From NCBI GenBank assembly GCA_949358305.1, contig OX442314.1:2666001-2730000 (forward strand): 64,000 nt of DNA. The letters are read 5' to 3'. The DNA comes from Strigamia acuminata. Its lineage: Eukaryota. Made by a program: the position numbers and the translations under genes. Under the pieces are notes generated by a model. The model was not told the origin of the DNA and made no database searches. It was given only the letters and a program-made list of their open reading frames with translations. Positions 20,487-63,300 of this stretch are shown here, in pieces (the stretch's first letter is position 1; the number at the start of each line of letters is the position of its first letter).

Positions 20487-20777
20487 ATGGAATTTTTTTG
20501 TGCAACTTATGAAAAAAGTGAGAAAATATTACTGCAAATAATCTTTGAACTTATAAGTAGATGGGGGGCTGAAATTACAGATATAAATAATTTTGCATTT
20601 GTATTTCGCATTGATGGACAATTTCCTGAACTAAGCAAAATAATAAAAAGAGCAAGAATAATACATGATTCTCTCAACTCAGAAACAAGAGTACACATAA
20701 GGCAGTTGTATCAAATTATTCCGGGCAAGAAAATTAAGGATATAGATTTTTTTGATGAAGAGAATGAATGTTTATAA
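20487..20777 (+). CDS. Hypothetical Polinton protein (96 aa)
   Basis: ATG ORF within very AT-rich DNA. No recognisable motif. Confidence 0.45.
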   Translation: MEFFCATYEKSEKILLQIIFELISRWGAEITDINNFAFVFRIDGQFPELSKIIKRARIIHDSLNSETRVHIRQLYQIIPGKKIKDIDFFDEENECL

Positions 20778-20780
20778 AAA

Positions 20781-20957
20781 ATGGAGTTTTATGAACATAC
20801 TAGAGCATTCTTACGCCATTCATTTAACAGTGTCTTGTTTAATTGTGACGTATGTAATCATTGCAGTGCCCCCTGTTCTGCTAACTCGTTTGTCAATGTA
20901 AAAAAAAATTTTGAAAAACAAATAAAATGTGTAAAAGAATTTTTAATTAAAAGCTGA
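20781..20957 (+). CDS. Hypothetical 58-aa Cys-rich protein
   Basis: aaaaATG 3 nt after the previous stop encodes MEFYEHTRAFLRHSFNSVLFNCDVCNHCSAPC...; AATAAA follows the stop. Confidence 0.4.
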   Translation: MEFYEHTRAFLRHSFNSVLFNCDVCNHCSAPCSANSFVNVKKNFEKQIKCVKEFLIKS

Positions 20958-21734
20958 ATAAAATTATTTTTCTTTACAATTTATTATTCATTTATTTCTG
21001 ATTGAGTCACTTTGAAAACCTGTTTTTCTGACTCATTAAAAAAAAATCTCTAAAGGCTATTTTTGTTTTTAAAGAGCAAAAGCCTTCGGGGGGGGGGAAA
21101 TTTAATTGCTGGTGAGGAAAAAAATATTTTCATTCGACTGTTTAACATTTTTTTTTTGTTTTTTTTTGTTTTGATAAATGTTTATCAATTTGTTTGTTTG
21201 ATCACATATCCGTTTTTCCTACAAGATATATTACATGCTGTCACATGGCTTACTTTTAACACAGCTGGTTTTGGAAAGTTCCATTACTTAGAAGGAATAA
21301 AATTTTCATTTGTAAATGAAAATTATTAATTATAAAAGTTAAAATGGAATTAAAAAGAATCAAATGAGAATTCATTTGATTTTTTCTAATGGATAGTTTT
21401 AATTCTAATTCCATTTCATTTTTAAATTGGTTTAATAAATTCCAACTTTAATATCTATTAACAAATAAAAACTTTCTTTCAATTAACTTTTTCTTATTTA
21501 AAAATAAGTTTTATTTTTTTTTGTAAATAGAATTAAAATAAGGAATTAATAACAACACACAGGACAAAAAAATCAAACGAATTCTCATTTTAAATTGTGT
21601 TAATACATTTCAACTCTTTTGCAATTAAACTGGTCTTTCAACTAGGTCACATTTCATTTGTGAATAAAAAAAATTTCCCCAGGGGCAATTGAATTTTTAT
21701 TTAAAATGAAATTGTTTTTAGGTCAAATAAAGAT

Positions 21735-21934
21735 AATTCAATTTATTTGCAGATAAATGTATTAAGATTTTTTAATAAAAAAGTCAATTGAAATGTTTAA
21801 TAGGAAATGTAAAAATTCTTAATACATTTATTTGTAAATGAAATGAATTAGACATTTTACATTTCCTATTAAACATTTCAATTGACTTTTTTATTAAAAA
21901 ATCTTAATACATTTATTTACAAATGAATTGAATT
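21735..21934. repeat. Long palindrome (62-bp perfect core arms, ~80-bp imperfect arms, 40-bp spacer)
   Basis: 21753-21814 is the reverse complement of 21855-21916. Confidence 0.9.
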
Positions 21935-22004
21935 TTAATTAAAATAAGAAATAATTGCAAATATAAATACATGAAATAAGAAATAAGTACAAATATAAAT
22001 ATAG

Positions 22005-22588
22005 AAGCTTGTGGAACTTAGTCAAAATATCGAACCAAGCGTGATGGACATAGCCGGAATATCAAACCAAGCTTGTGGAACTTAGTCAAAATATCGAACC
22101 AAGCGTGATGGACATAGTCAAAATATCAAACCAAGCTTGTGGAACATAGCCGAAATATCAAACCAAGCTTGTGGCACATAGTCAAAATATCAAACCAAGC
22201 TTGTGGAACATAGCCGAAATATCAAACCAAGCTTGTGGAACATAGCCGAAATATCAAACCAAGCTTGTGGAACATAGCCGACAGTGCTGGACTGGCCCGG
22301 CGGGCTACCGGGAGTTTCCCGGTGGCCCGTGGCCGCTGTGGCCTGTCGCGGCCCGCTGTAGCCTGTCCCGCCTTCATTATTTGTGGCCCGGACACCCAGA
22401 TTTCCCGGCCATAAATTTGATCCCAGTCCAGCCCTGATAGCCGAAATATCAAACCAAGCTTGTGGAACATAGTCAAAATATCACCAACGAAGCGTGTTGG
22501 ACATAGCCAAATTTCACCAACAAAGCGTGTTGGACATAGCCAAAATTTCACCAATGAAGCGTGTTGGACATAGCCAAAATTTCACCAA
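22005..22588. repeat. 32-bp minisatellite (~13 units)
   Basis: Unit aagcttgtggaacatagccgaaatatcaaacc with variants, arranged head-to-tail without spacers. Confidence 0.9.
22282..22436. mobile_element. 155-bp hAT-type MITE
   Basis: TIRs cagtgctggactgg / ccagtccagccctg match 13 of 14. Perfect 8-bp TSD atagccga at 22274-22281 and 22437-22444. Confidence 0.9.
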
Positions 22589-23022
22589 GTGCAGATTCAA
22601 CATGTGATCAAACACCCTGACCCATACGTGCAATATAGCATTCGACTCACCATCTCGAGACAAACCGTTTAAAATTACCCCCACTTTTAATTTTGCCGTA
22701 ACCCCCACTTCCAATACCCTCAGAAAACTTTAAACAATGGCAAATGTTGCCCACTGTCATTGGAAGTCCATACGATTTACCCCCACTTTCACTTTAATTA
22801 CCTCCCACTTTCCTAAAAATGGTTAATATGTGTGATTTTGCCAACAAAGTACATGTAAACAAATCACGTCATTTATTCATTTTCCCTCCAGTAAAATGAA
22901 ACGTTCCAAAAAAACCAGTTGTGATAGAAGCAGGTGAAGTCAATGACCTACTTCCTTTTAAAACTCTTTAATTCAAACAGCAGAATAATTTAATGCACTT
23001 TCCCATGGCCTTGCCTCGGGTG

Positions 23023-23117
23023 ATTTCCTCCTTCATCCCTTTAAATCCCTCCTTGAGGTAGAAATCAAGAATTGCATCTTAAATGCGTATTCATAGATCT
23101 CATATTTTACTACAACA
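23023..23117 (-). repeat. Polinton right TIR
   Basis: Reverse complement of 5895-5989. Confidence 0.9.
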
Positions 23118-26100
23118 TGAACGTCATAGCGGCTTCTTTTTTTTCGTAAAACTTTGGGCACTATCAATTGGCCTTGCCAAATGAGTATTATCAATCTGTG
23201 AAGGTCTTGTCTTCCCTGAGTATCGACATTAACATAATTCCGAACCTGTGGTCTCAAATATTCTCTAAAAATTGAATTCGAAATGCATTGTCGGTTAAGT
23301 ACATCAGAAAATGTCTCCACGCGTTGCATGATAACGGCAACTGCACCTAGAAAAAAAAATTAATAAATGACGTACATTTATATTTGGTTAATATATACTT
23401 CTGGAACTTTTTATTTCTTTATGTAAGATAGAACTGAGTAATCTTTTTTTAATATTTCCATCCAGCCAAGTTACGAACTTCTTTATTTTAATTCTCTCGA
23501 ATTTTGTTAGTATATGTTCGGCGGCCATGTTGCACCACAGATTACCGATCGCCAGACATCTATAAGCGATCAACGCCTCTTTCGCACTCAACCTAACCTA
23601 ACCTAACCACGACGTTACGTTCAGTCCGAGTAGCGCTGAATTGCCCACGGCGGACGTCAAAAGCGCCGAAAACGTAAACGCGTTGACAGCTGACTTGTCA
23701 AGATGTATTAATGACTTGCCAATACGATTCATCAACTGGAACCCGGATTTGAATGATCATCGCGGCCGTCAAAACACGTACGACATGATGTTTCTTTTCC
23801 TTTCTTGTTTTGTTCTTTTTTTTGTCAGAAAGGGGTTTTCTGCAGGCTTTCGTCGACTGCGCCACTAATATGTTTCCATATTTGTTGATAATGATGTATT
23901 CAGGCCATGCCAAGGCATGGCCGTCATAGAATGTCTCTTGGGCCTAAAAAGCCAATGAAAGAGAGGACAATGTGAACGGTGCAATTTGGAATGTTATTCA
24001 ATGGGAATGACGTCACGTACAAACATGAAACGAGTTTTTGAGGCGTTTTAGAGTTTTTGAATGCACCTATCTACTGATATTGTGGTGCTCTTATACTTAA
24101 CAGTTCATCCAAAGTTTTAGTGCTGGGTCTGTCCCCAGCTAACCGAAAAATGTTGTAGAAATGAACATTTCATGAACGTTTTGATTTTTCTTTTCTTGCT
24201 CGGCATTATGAAAAATGAAAAATAAATGCTGGAGGAAACGCTATCTAGTGGCAAACCCGAAACTACAATAACTTGCAGCAACTTGCCTGCCCCAGAACTT
24301 ACAACGCTGCAAATGCACATTCCCTCTCAGGCCTACTTGAGCGTCAGTGTCCTGTCATGAACCACAAGTTTGCCTATCTTGAATTTGGATTGCCTCCCAG
24401 TTCCAGTGAACTGTATTTACTTTCTCAAGTGGTGTAGAACAACTAAACTAAAGAAATATTCTCTCTTTCTCTTTCCTTTCTCATTAAAAGAATTTGAGTA
24501 CTAAGTGGCCTCCTCACAGATTCTGCCTATCGAGGTGTTCAACGACGTAATCTATTTGTACGACGCGCATTTGCAACAAAGAGACACTTCTCTTTCAAAA
24601 GGAGGATAACCCGCCGCAAGTCCCTTTTGTAGGCAAACGGATAACGATTCTGAACAAAACTGCCGACATGGTCTTGATATGAGATGTTCATTCTAAGATC
24701 TTGTTTTGCGAAATGTGCTTCTTGATTCGGGAATACAGCAAGAAATTCTTGAACGGTGAAATTGATGCAAAAAAATTCAGTGAAAAATGATCTTCGTTCT
24801 CGCGAAATAAATATCTAATACGCTTTCTAAATGAATCGTAGCTGGGCCCCCAAAAATACCAATATCGCTCGACGAGATATATAAATATCTCCGTGGCAGG
24901 AATTCCATTTCTGAATCTATAGCATTCATCACTCCAACGAAACCTCTTATTGTTTCGTCTTCAGCTCTAGTGTAAAAATATGGAGAACTAGGGGAAATGT
25001 TTGGGTCAGTGTGTCCGAGTGCAGAATTTTGCTGGGTTGAGCTGATAGTGAGGTAACCTGATCAATTGTCCTTTCAACAGGATTCAGTACCAGGATGAGA
25101 ACAAAAGTGACCGGAGAGCGATCTATAAATTTTATTCTTTTTTTCTTTTCATTCTTTCTTCCCTGTCACTCTTTTAACCTTTATGTCTGATTTTTTTTAG
25201 TTGTTTCTCATCCTCTTTTTTAAAAAACAGCTTGTACATGAAAAGTGAATATTTGCCGTGAACTTAAAAACAAATTTCTTATTCAGTTCGAAAATCATTT
25301 AAGCACTATCTTCCGCCTCTTTCTCCAAGCCAATGATAAGTGAAAAGAAGACAATTCACCACACACATTCAGAATTTTTTTTCTCCCACCATTTAAAAAA
25401 AAAAAAAAAAAATTAAAATTTGAATTTTTATCCTCAACATCGATAACAAGCGGATGAATAAATTAAAGTTGATAATTTATTTACAGTTTGGGAAGCGAAG
25501 ATCGCGTCGGGAGTGTAAAGTGGCCTGTACGGTTCCCTCAGGATGGTGCTTGGATTACGGGGCAGTCGGCTTAGAACGAAACACGTAAAGGGGGGAGTAA
25601 AGGGTGGTCGGTGAGTGACCTGATGGCTGGAGCACACGTGCATTCGCGTGTCTCCAATTGTGGTCGTGATGACTCGCCCTCCTCTCCATAACTCATCGCG
25701 CAGTCATCGCTGATGGTGCACGCTGAATACTAACCCGTCTTTTCCTCAATAAGAGAGATATATATTTAAGCTTGGTGTTTTTTTTCATTTTGCGATCGGG
25801 CGGCGACAAAGAAAATCAGGTAAGTGCGCACAAATGAGTATTGAAACCAAACTGTGAAATATGCTGATTTGCTTAATGCTTCAGAGGAGACGTAATTAAC
25901 ACGTTAATTTGGAGAGAGCAAACGCGGATATTTATATTATAGATTCGACGAATAGCGAAAAATTTCATTTTTATTTCTTTTTTATTTTCCAATTAATTTC
26001 ATTGGAAATATCGAAAATATTGAAATCTGCAATCAATACATGTTTCTATAATCAACTAATTGATTAATTAATTAATTATTTGAAGATGTAATGGCGAAGG

Positions 26101-27269
26101 ATTGCAGTTTAACCAACAGGTGGCATGCAGGGAAGCAGCAATTACGGTGTTTGGGTCCCGTTTCCAGGTGACGGCGCTCGGCGAATGTCACGCGCCAAAT
26201 CAATCGTCAGTGCCTGCGCACAAAAGAACACCCTCGCAGCTATTGTGGTGTGGATGCGGTGTTGCTAGGCAATTGAAAACGTCCTGAAATGCTTGGCGGG
26301 CCATACACAAACAATATTGCACTCAGCTCGACTGAGTGGCCCATAGACAGGTAGTGACCCGCGACGGCCACTCGTTAAATTTCAATTTTCAAACTCGTTC
26401 TGCGGGATTATGGGCCCGTTTTTTGCCCTACACCGCATAATGATGAGGGTTCATCAGGTGAAATTTTAAGTCATTGGTCATTTATTTAATTAATTATGCA
26501 AACTGCAAATTTTCTGCCCCTTAAAACTCCAGCAAAACTATTATGCTGGCTTTGCTGCCTAAGAAAGAGCGCGTAAGTTAACAGCTTTTCGCATTTACCA
26601 GAAGTGTTTAAACCAACCACTAGTTGGTAAAAAAAAAATATTTTTTTACTGTTCATAACTAGCGCCCGCTATAAAATTAGTTGCGAACTTTCAAAAATCG
26701 AAACAGCACTTTAACTAATTGACCTGAAAATTGTCCATAAATTCGTAATGCCTTATACCAGAACGGCACATTTTACCCAAATGCCTCCGAGGGTTAATTG
26801 TATTACGAAATGAATTATTTAATGTAGAAATAATATACTTAATTGCATGAAATGCTGTACATTTTGTAATGCATTAAGTGAAAAGCAATACATAGGGGCC
26901 GTCAATAAATTACAAAACGTTCCGAAGGGGGAAGGGGGTTTTAAATTATGTTACCGGTCATTCATTACTAAGGGCGGTGAGGGGGATTCTCAATATTGTT
27001 ACGGTCCATGTAAAAAAAATTTAAATGTTTTAATATTAAAAATATATGCGCATTATTGATACTACGTATAAATATTTTAACCACTGAAGGTTATCGTTTG
27101 ATCGAAAGGCTTTTGGTGATACGTGGAATTTATTTTTAATATTACAATTCCTGAGTGAATTCCAGCATGCCCTATGCTGCGAGTGATTTTTTATTGTCGA
27201 TTTCATTCGGTGCATTTGACAGTTGAACGTCTGCGGGATGTATATATTTGAAATTCTTTGCAGACCTCT

Positions 27270-57009
<29,740 letters not shown>

Positions 57010-58468
57010 AGTGATTGAACACTTAAATTAGTTGGTTTGATCATTATTTTCAACCGTGGATTTACGGCACTGCGCAGATGGTTAAATTGGCACGGAAATG
57101 CCACACAAACACCATTCAAGTGCCATTTGTGTGTTTATTTTAGTAGTCGAAATGATACTCTTAAAAAACATATAACAAAGCATACAAAGTAAAAATGACA
57201 TTGTTCATTCAGTTCATAATTGTGTAATTCTAATTTTATTTCAAATGACATTTTGTTTTTGTTTTCAACTCAAAAGTTTTGGTTCAGTTTCTTTCATCCA
57301 CAAATCAAAACCTGCTACTTGCTGCGTTTGTATATTTTTATCGTTTCATTTCCAATTTTTTACGGTGAGCGACACACGAAAAACTGGTACTTTATCCTGC
57401 AATTGAAATTAGAATCTGAAAATTCGTTTATAAATTCATACCGGAGAAAAACCATGAAATTGCCATTCGTGTGCCTTCTCCTCGACTCGAAGTGTGGATT
57501 TCAATAAACATTTATTAACCCACACGAGAGAAAACAATTCAAGTGCTATTACTTGTGTGCATATTTCTGTATTCTTAAATTCAAAACGGTTTAATTTCTG
57601 TTTTTATTGGTGCATTAATGCATTTCAATTTGATTTTTAAAAATAACATTATATAAATATTTTTTTTATCAGATTTCCTATCAACCAGGTCGAAAATATT
57701 CCCGGTTGAATGGAATCCTGCTTACCATTAATCCGTGTTATTATTTCTGCATTTATATAAGTTATTTATTTATTCGTTGAAAGTTCTGTATTTGGAATTG
57801 CATTTTGTGTTCAACTCAAATTTAAGAAAACTGAAACTCGTTTTAATTTGTTTCATCCACGAAACAAAATCTGCCACTTTTGTATATTTTTCTCATTTCA
57901 TTTCCAATTTATTATTTCTTCCCAAAACTTGTAAAAAATAAAAATAAAATGCTGTGCATTGTTACAACTCAATTTCATACAGGATTCCTCTCTTAAAATG
58001 AATATTAATAATCGCGTTGCTTCACTCATCAGGCTGACTGAAAAATGAATGAACAATGAAAAAGATTCCTTACTCAATATGTGAGGGAATGCAGAATTGA
58101 AGATTATTATTATCATTAGTCATTAGTTTGATATTTGTAGTTTTAATTATTGTATTCTTTGCCAATAGTTGGCGCCATGTACCCACAGTTCAGATTTGTT
58201 TATGTTTATGTTTGACTCAAGTTCAGGTTTGGGCTTGACTCAAGTTTTAGTTTTAGTTTTGGTTTTGCCTTAAAATGTAGAAGATGTAGAATAAATCAGC
58301 TCCAAAAACAAGTGGGTTTTGCTTTGTAACACTCAACAAATGGTGCCGAAACTCGAACAAATACATCAGGACAATTGACCACAGTGCAATCAAACCAAAA
58401 ACGTGAGCTAAAACGAACTTTTACCTAAAAATCACATCACCACACGGAAATTCACACGGAAATTCAAC

Positions 58469-60313
58469 ATGGATGCAGCCAAACGAAAAAGAAGGATTAT
58501 CCGGGCCACAATCACAAAAACAATGACAAAAACGGAAACCCACATCGCAGCAAAAGCTGAAATTGAAGTGGAGACAGCACGAGACCGGTTAGTCGAACTT
58601 ATACGTGATTTGAAATTGGCTGATGAATGCGTACAAGAGCTCATCACAGACGAAGAGGAGCTGGCTACAGATGCAACTGTATGTGAAGAATATCAGGAAA
58701 AAGCCACGGGATGGAAAATAAAAGCAAACAGGGCGCTGGACGAAATTAAACACGCAGATCCAAACAGGCAATTAATCATCGCACCCAACCCGCCGCACCC
58801 AGTCCAACCCATACAACGAAAACCGAAACTACCGCAACTAAAAATAACTTCGTTCAACGGACAATTAGACCAATGGCAGTGTTTTTGGGAGCAGTTTTCC
58901 ACATCAGTGGATAAAAACACTGAATTAAGCACAATAGACAAGTTAATTTATTTAAAATCCTTGTTGACAGATACAGCTCTACAAGCTATCGCTGGGCTCG
59001 AACTATCAGATGCGAATTATACACGGATAAAGACGATACTAGAGGGAAAATTTGGTGACAAGGACAGCATCATCCAGGCTCACATCAATAGTCTGATGAA
59101 CGCAACACCCGTACCGAATTCAACGTCAACGGAACTGAGAGGCAAGCATAATGAATGCCAAAAGGCAATTTGGGCATTAGAAGCATTAGGAGTAGACATC
59201 ACTGCATACGGCACGATCCTCTTACCAATAATTCTGCGTCAATTTCCACCGGATATGGATTTGCAATGGTACCGCACAACACCAAAAGCTGATCGCACAA
59301 ACTTGGGGACGCTGATGAAGTTTTTGAATGAGGAAATCGAAAACATTGAAAAATCACACAAAATTCGGAAATGTTTGACCACCACTCAAGATGACAGCGA
59401 TGACATTACGGAAGCTCTGCCAACCACAGCTACTTTGAAAATCCACACAACCGAAAAAGCAGAGTCTAAGGGGACACACCGAAAAATTAAACAAGAAATC
59501 ACACCACACTGTATTTTTTGTGACAGAAAGGGTCATTGGGCGCAAGATTGTAGGACGGTTACTGACGTGGAAAAGCGGAAGGAAAAAATAAAATCGGACA
59601 ACCGCTGCTACATTTGTCTGAGAAAAGGGCACAGAGCGAACACATGCCAACTAGCTACAAAACGACCATGTCAAAAATGCAAGGGCAAGCATCACTATGC
59701 AATCTGCACACCTCAAGACCAAAAAACCACACACACACAACCAACAACCACACCAGTCAACAGCATGACTCTGGCGATCCAAACCAAGGATATTTACATG
59801 CAAACAGCCAAAGTTTGGATACACGGAAAAAACGGACTGAAAAAACTAACACGATGCATTTTCGACAGTGCAAGTCAGAGAAGCTACGTAACGAAATCAC
59901 TCATTGAACAATTACAGCTGGAAGTTGTAGACACGGAAACACTGAACATTATTGGATTTGAATCACCAGAGCAACACGAAACAAAGCGAAGAAATGTCAA
60001 GATCATATTACGAAGCACGTTAGATGACAATAAGGTGGGGATCGAGGCATTAGAAACGACTAACACTTTCGCCACACTGCCTCCGGTACCGACTCAGATT
60101 GTTAATCAACACACCGATTTGAAGTTTGCGGATACAGATACGACACAGACAGCTGTACCGATAGAAATACTGATTGGAACCGACTTCTATCACAAAGTCA
60201 TGGAGGACCAGATCATTCGCATCTCGGCAGCCATGGACGTACGCAAGAGCAAGTTTGGATGGGTAGTACATGGCCACCTACCAGGAGCTCGGGCAAAAAC
60301 CACACATGCGTAG
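58469..60313 (+). CDS. gag: BEL/Pao gag plus aspartic protease
   Basis: KLPQLKITSFNG..WQCFW, three Cys/His knuckles, IFDSASQRSY and ILIGTD. Confidence 0.9.
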   Translation: MDAAKRKRRIIRATITKTMTKTETHIAAKAEIEVETARDRLVELIRDLKLADECVQELITDEEELATDATVCEEYQEKATGWKIKANRALDEIKHADPNRQLIIAPNPPHPVQPIQRKPKLPQLKITSFNGQLDQWQCFWEQFSTSVDKNTELSTIDKLIYLKSLLTDTALQAIAGLELSDANYTRIKTILEGKFGDKDSIIQAHINSLMNATPVPNSTSTELRGKHNECQKAIWALEALGVDITAYGTILLPIILRQFPPDMDLQWYRTTPKADRTNLGTLMKFLNEEIENIEKSHKIRKCLTTTQDDSDDITEALPTTATLKIHTTEKAESKGTHRKIKQEITPHCIFCDRKGHWAQDCRTVTDVEKRKEKIKSDNRCYICLRKGHRANTCQLATKRPCQKCKGKHHYAICTPQDQKTTHTQPTTTPVNSMTLAIQTKDIYMQTAKVWIHGKNGLKKLTRCIFDSASQRSYVTKSLIEQLQLEVVDTETLNIIGFESPEQHETKRRNVKIILRSTLDDNKVGIEALETTNTFATLPPVPTQIVNQHTDLKFADTDTTQTAVPIEILIGTDFYHKVMEDQIIRISAAMDVRKSKFGWVVHGHLPGARAKTTHA

Positions 60314-60360
60314 AACATACAATTAGCCAAGCAAGCTGATGACACCATCATTCGAAAATT

Positions 60361-63300
60361 TTGGGATTAGAATCAATTGGGATTTTAGACAACTGCCAAC
60401 AAACATTTACGTTGGAGGAAAAACACACTTGGGAGCAGTTCAACTCATCATTCCAAATACGCGAGGGACGGAGTGTAGTCAAGTTACCATGGAAACAGAA
60501 TGCACACGAACTACAAGACAACTATAAGGTTGCAAAAACACGATTTGACGCTCTACACAAACGATTCCAACGTGATGGGGACTTCAAGACACGATACTGC
60601 ACGGCGATGCTTGATTATTTCGAGAAAAATCATGTAGAAACAATTACACCAGACATGATGGTCGGAGAACATGTTTATTATTTGCCACATCAAGCAGTCA
60701 TAAAAGAAAATCGTCAAACGACCAAAGTCCGCATAGTATTTGACGCATCATCACACGAGAGAAACTCACCGTCGCTAAACGATTCTCTACACACGGGACC
60801 CAACTTGAATCCGGAAACCACAGCGACCTTGTTACGGTTCCGCACCTACTGCAATGTAGCATCGGGCGACGGAAGCCAAGCTTTTTTACAAGTCCTGCTA
60901 CACGAAGAAGACAGAGATGCAACACGTTTCATATGGTACAACGTCAAACGTGATGATGACGGACAACTTACAATAACGGACGAAATAACAACTCACCGAT
61001 TTACCAGACTGCCGTTTGGACTCACCTGCAGCCCGTTCATACTTGCAGCAACTTTACGTGCTCATGCCAACCTCCGGCAGGAAGTATATCCGACATTAAA
61101 CGCAGCAATTGATGAAGACATGTACGTCGACGATTTCGTGACAGGAGCGGATTCATTGAAAACAGTAACAACGATATACGAAGAAATGCGCAATCTAACC
61201 GCTGAAATACAGCTACCAATGCAAAAATGGCGAACAAATTCACCGCATTTACGGGAAAAATGGAGAAGCAGTGGGGAATCCATGCAGGAAGCGGGAAAAA
61301 TCTTAGGAATAGATTGGAATCACACCACGGACGAAATTTATCACAACACCACGGAAGTTATAAAACACTTGCATGATCAACCGCATACAAAACGGCTCGT
61401 ACTACAAATTGCAGCAAGAATTCATGACCCGTTGGGACTGCTATCACCAATCACTTTAAGAGGAAAGACCTTATTTCAAGAAACATGGGTACGAGGTCTG
61501 CAGTGGGACAACATACTACCCACGGATCTTGCAACAGAATGGAAAAAATGGACAAACGGAATCGCTGAAATAACGAAAATTTCTATTCCTCGATGGGTAG
61601 GAACTTTGTACACCAATCCACACCAATTGATTGACATGCACGTGTTTTGTGACGCAAGCGAAAAGGCATACGGTGCTGTACTCTACGTCAGATGTACAGA
61701 AGACAACAAAACAACATGCAACCTCATGATAAGCAAAACGAGACTTGCACCTGTCAAGAAACTAACCATTCCACGCCTCGAATTAATGGCCGCTCTCATT
61801 GGCGCACGACTGTACCGTTATTTTTCGCAGGCGGTACACCTAAAAATAAACAAAATAACAATGTGGACCGACTCGACGGTGACTCTGCACTGGATCACCA
61901 CTGAAACGAGCAAATGGAAATCATTTGTTGCCAATCGGGTAACCGAGATTCACAAACACGTCAACCCAAATGACTGGCGTCACTGCCCTGGGAAGAATAA
62001 CCCGGCCGATCTCGTCACTCGAGGACAGTCCACGAGCGGATTAAAACAAAATGCAATCTGGTGGCATGGACCAGAATGGTTAACATCAATTGAAGAAAAA
62101 TGGCCAAAATGGGATAAACAAATCACAGGCCTACAAATTTTAAAAAAGGAAGCGAAAAAGAACACTCAACCGCTAATTGTGACGGAATCTCACAAATCGG
62201 AGCCGGTTGATGCAAAACGAATCAACAACTATGGAAAAATCGTACGAATCACAGCATGGATGCTACGTTTTATTAATGGATGCAAAATGAGACGCCCTGA
62301 GAAACAGGAACTTACAGCAACCGAGCAACACGCCGCAGAGAAGGTTTGGATAAGGCATATCCAACACACGTATTACGATGCAGAAATACAAATGCTAAAA
62401 GCGGGAAAGAAGCTCTCACCCAATTCAAAAATAAAAAACTTTCATCCATTTCTCGACAATGAAAACATCCTTCGGATTGGCGGACGACTGCAGTTCGCAG
62501 ATGCAACACAGCATGAAAAGCATCCGATGATTCTACATGGAGATGACCATTTCGTGAAACTACTTGTGAAGCAAACACATGAGAAATTATATCACCTCGG
62601 AATAAGGTCGGTATTGGCCGAAATACGAAGCTACTATTGGATACAGCGAGCACGTCACACGATCAAGTCGGTAATCAAGGATTGCTTTGTCTGCAAAAAG
62701 ATGACATGCAAACACGGAAGCGAAATTGAGGCGCCCCTACCGGCAGATCGATTATGGGAATCATCCCCATTCACCGTCACAGGCGTTGATTTTGCTGGCC
62801 CGCTATATGTCAAAATGTCGGAGACGACTTCAGCAAAGTCTTACATCGCACTATTTACATGTGCAACAACAAGAGCGATACACTTAGAACTGGTTTCAAA
62901 CCTTACGCAGGAAAGATTTCTCTTGGCCCTACAACGATTCTTCAACAGACGCGGGATAAGTACGGTAATCTACTCCGACAATGCCCGCACGTTCAAGGCA
63001 ACGGACAAACTACTTCAAGCCATTTGGAAAAACATAAAAGCACCACCGACTTCCCAATACCTGGCACAGACTGGAGTCGAATGGAAATTTATTGCAGAAC
63101 GCGCGGCATGGTGGGGAGGATGGTGGGAGAGAATGGTACAGACAACGAAGAGATGTCTACGGAAAACTCTAGGAAAAACAAGACTAGACAGTGAAGAACT
63201 CATGTCAACACTCACGGGTGTCGAGGCGGCGATTAACAGCAGGCCAATCACATATGACTATAATGACCCCCAAGACGAGGAACCACTCACACCGGCACAC

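Larger units (their letters stand above)
5895..23117. mobile_element. Polinton/Maverick (adintovirus-like) endogenous dsDNA virus, ~17.2 kb
   Basis: 95-bp TIRs enclose pPolB, DJR capsid, penton, A32-like ATPase, rve integrase, adenain proteases and PLA2. Confidence 0.95.

Noticed and set aside
22005..22588. CRISPR-like 32-bp repeat array
   Set aside because: Units are head-to-tail with no unique spacers, the single insert is a MITE with TIR and TSD, there are no cas genes, and the context is eukaryotic.
23033..23591. Two minus-strand ORFs beside and into the right TIR
   Set aside because: No recognisable motif or convincing splice structure; one reads into the TIR, probably by chance.
23590..23608. 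(CCTAA)n arthropod telomere-like repeat
   Set aside because: Under four copies and interstitial; too short to interpret.
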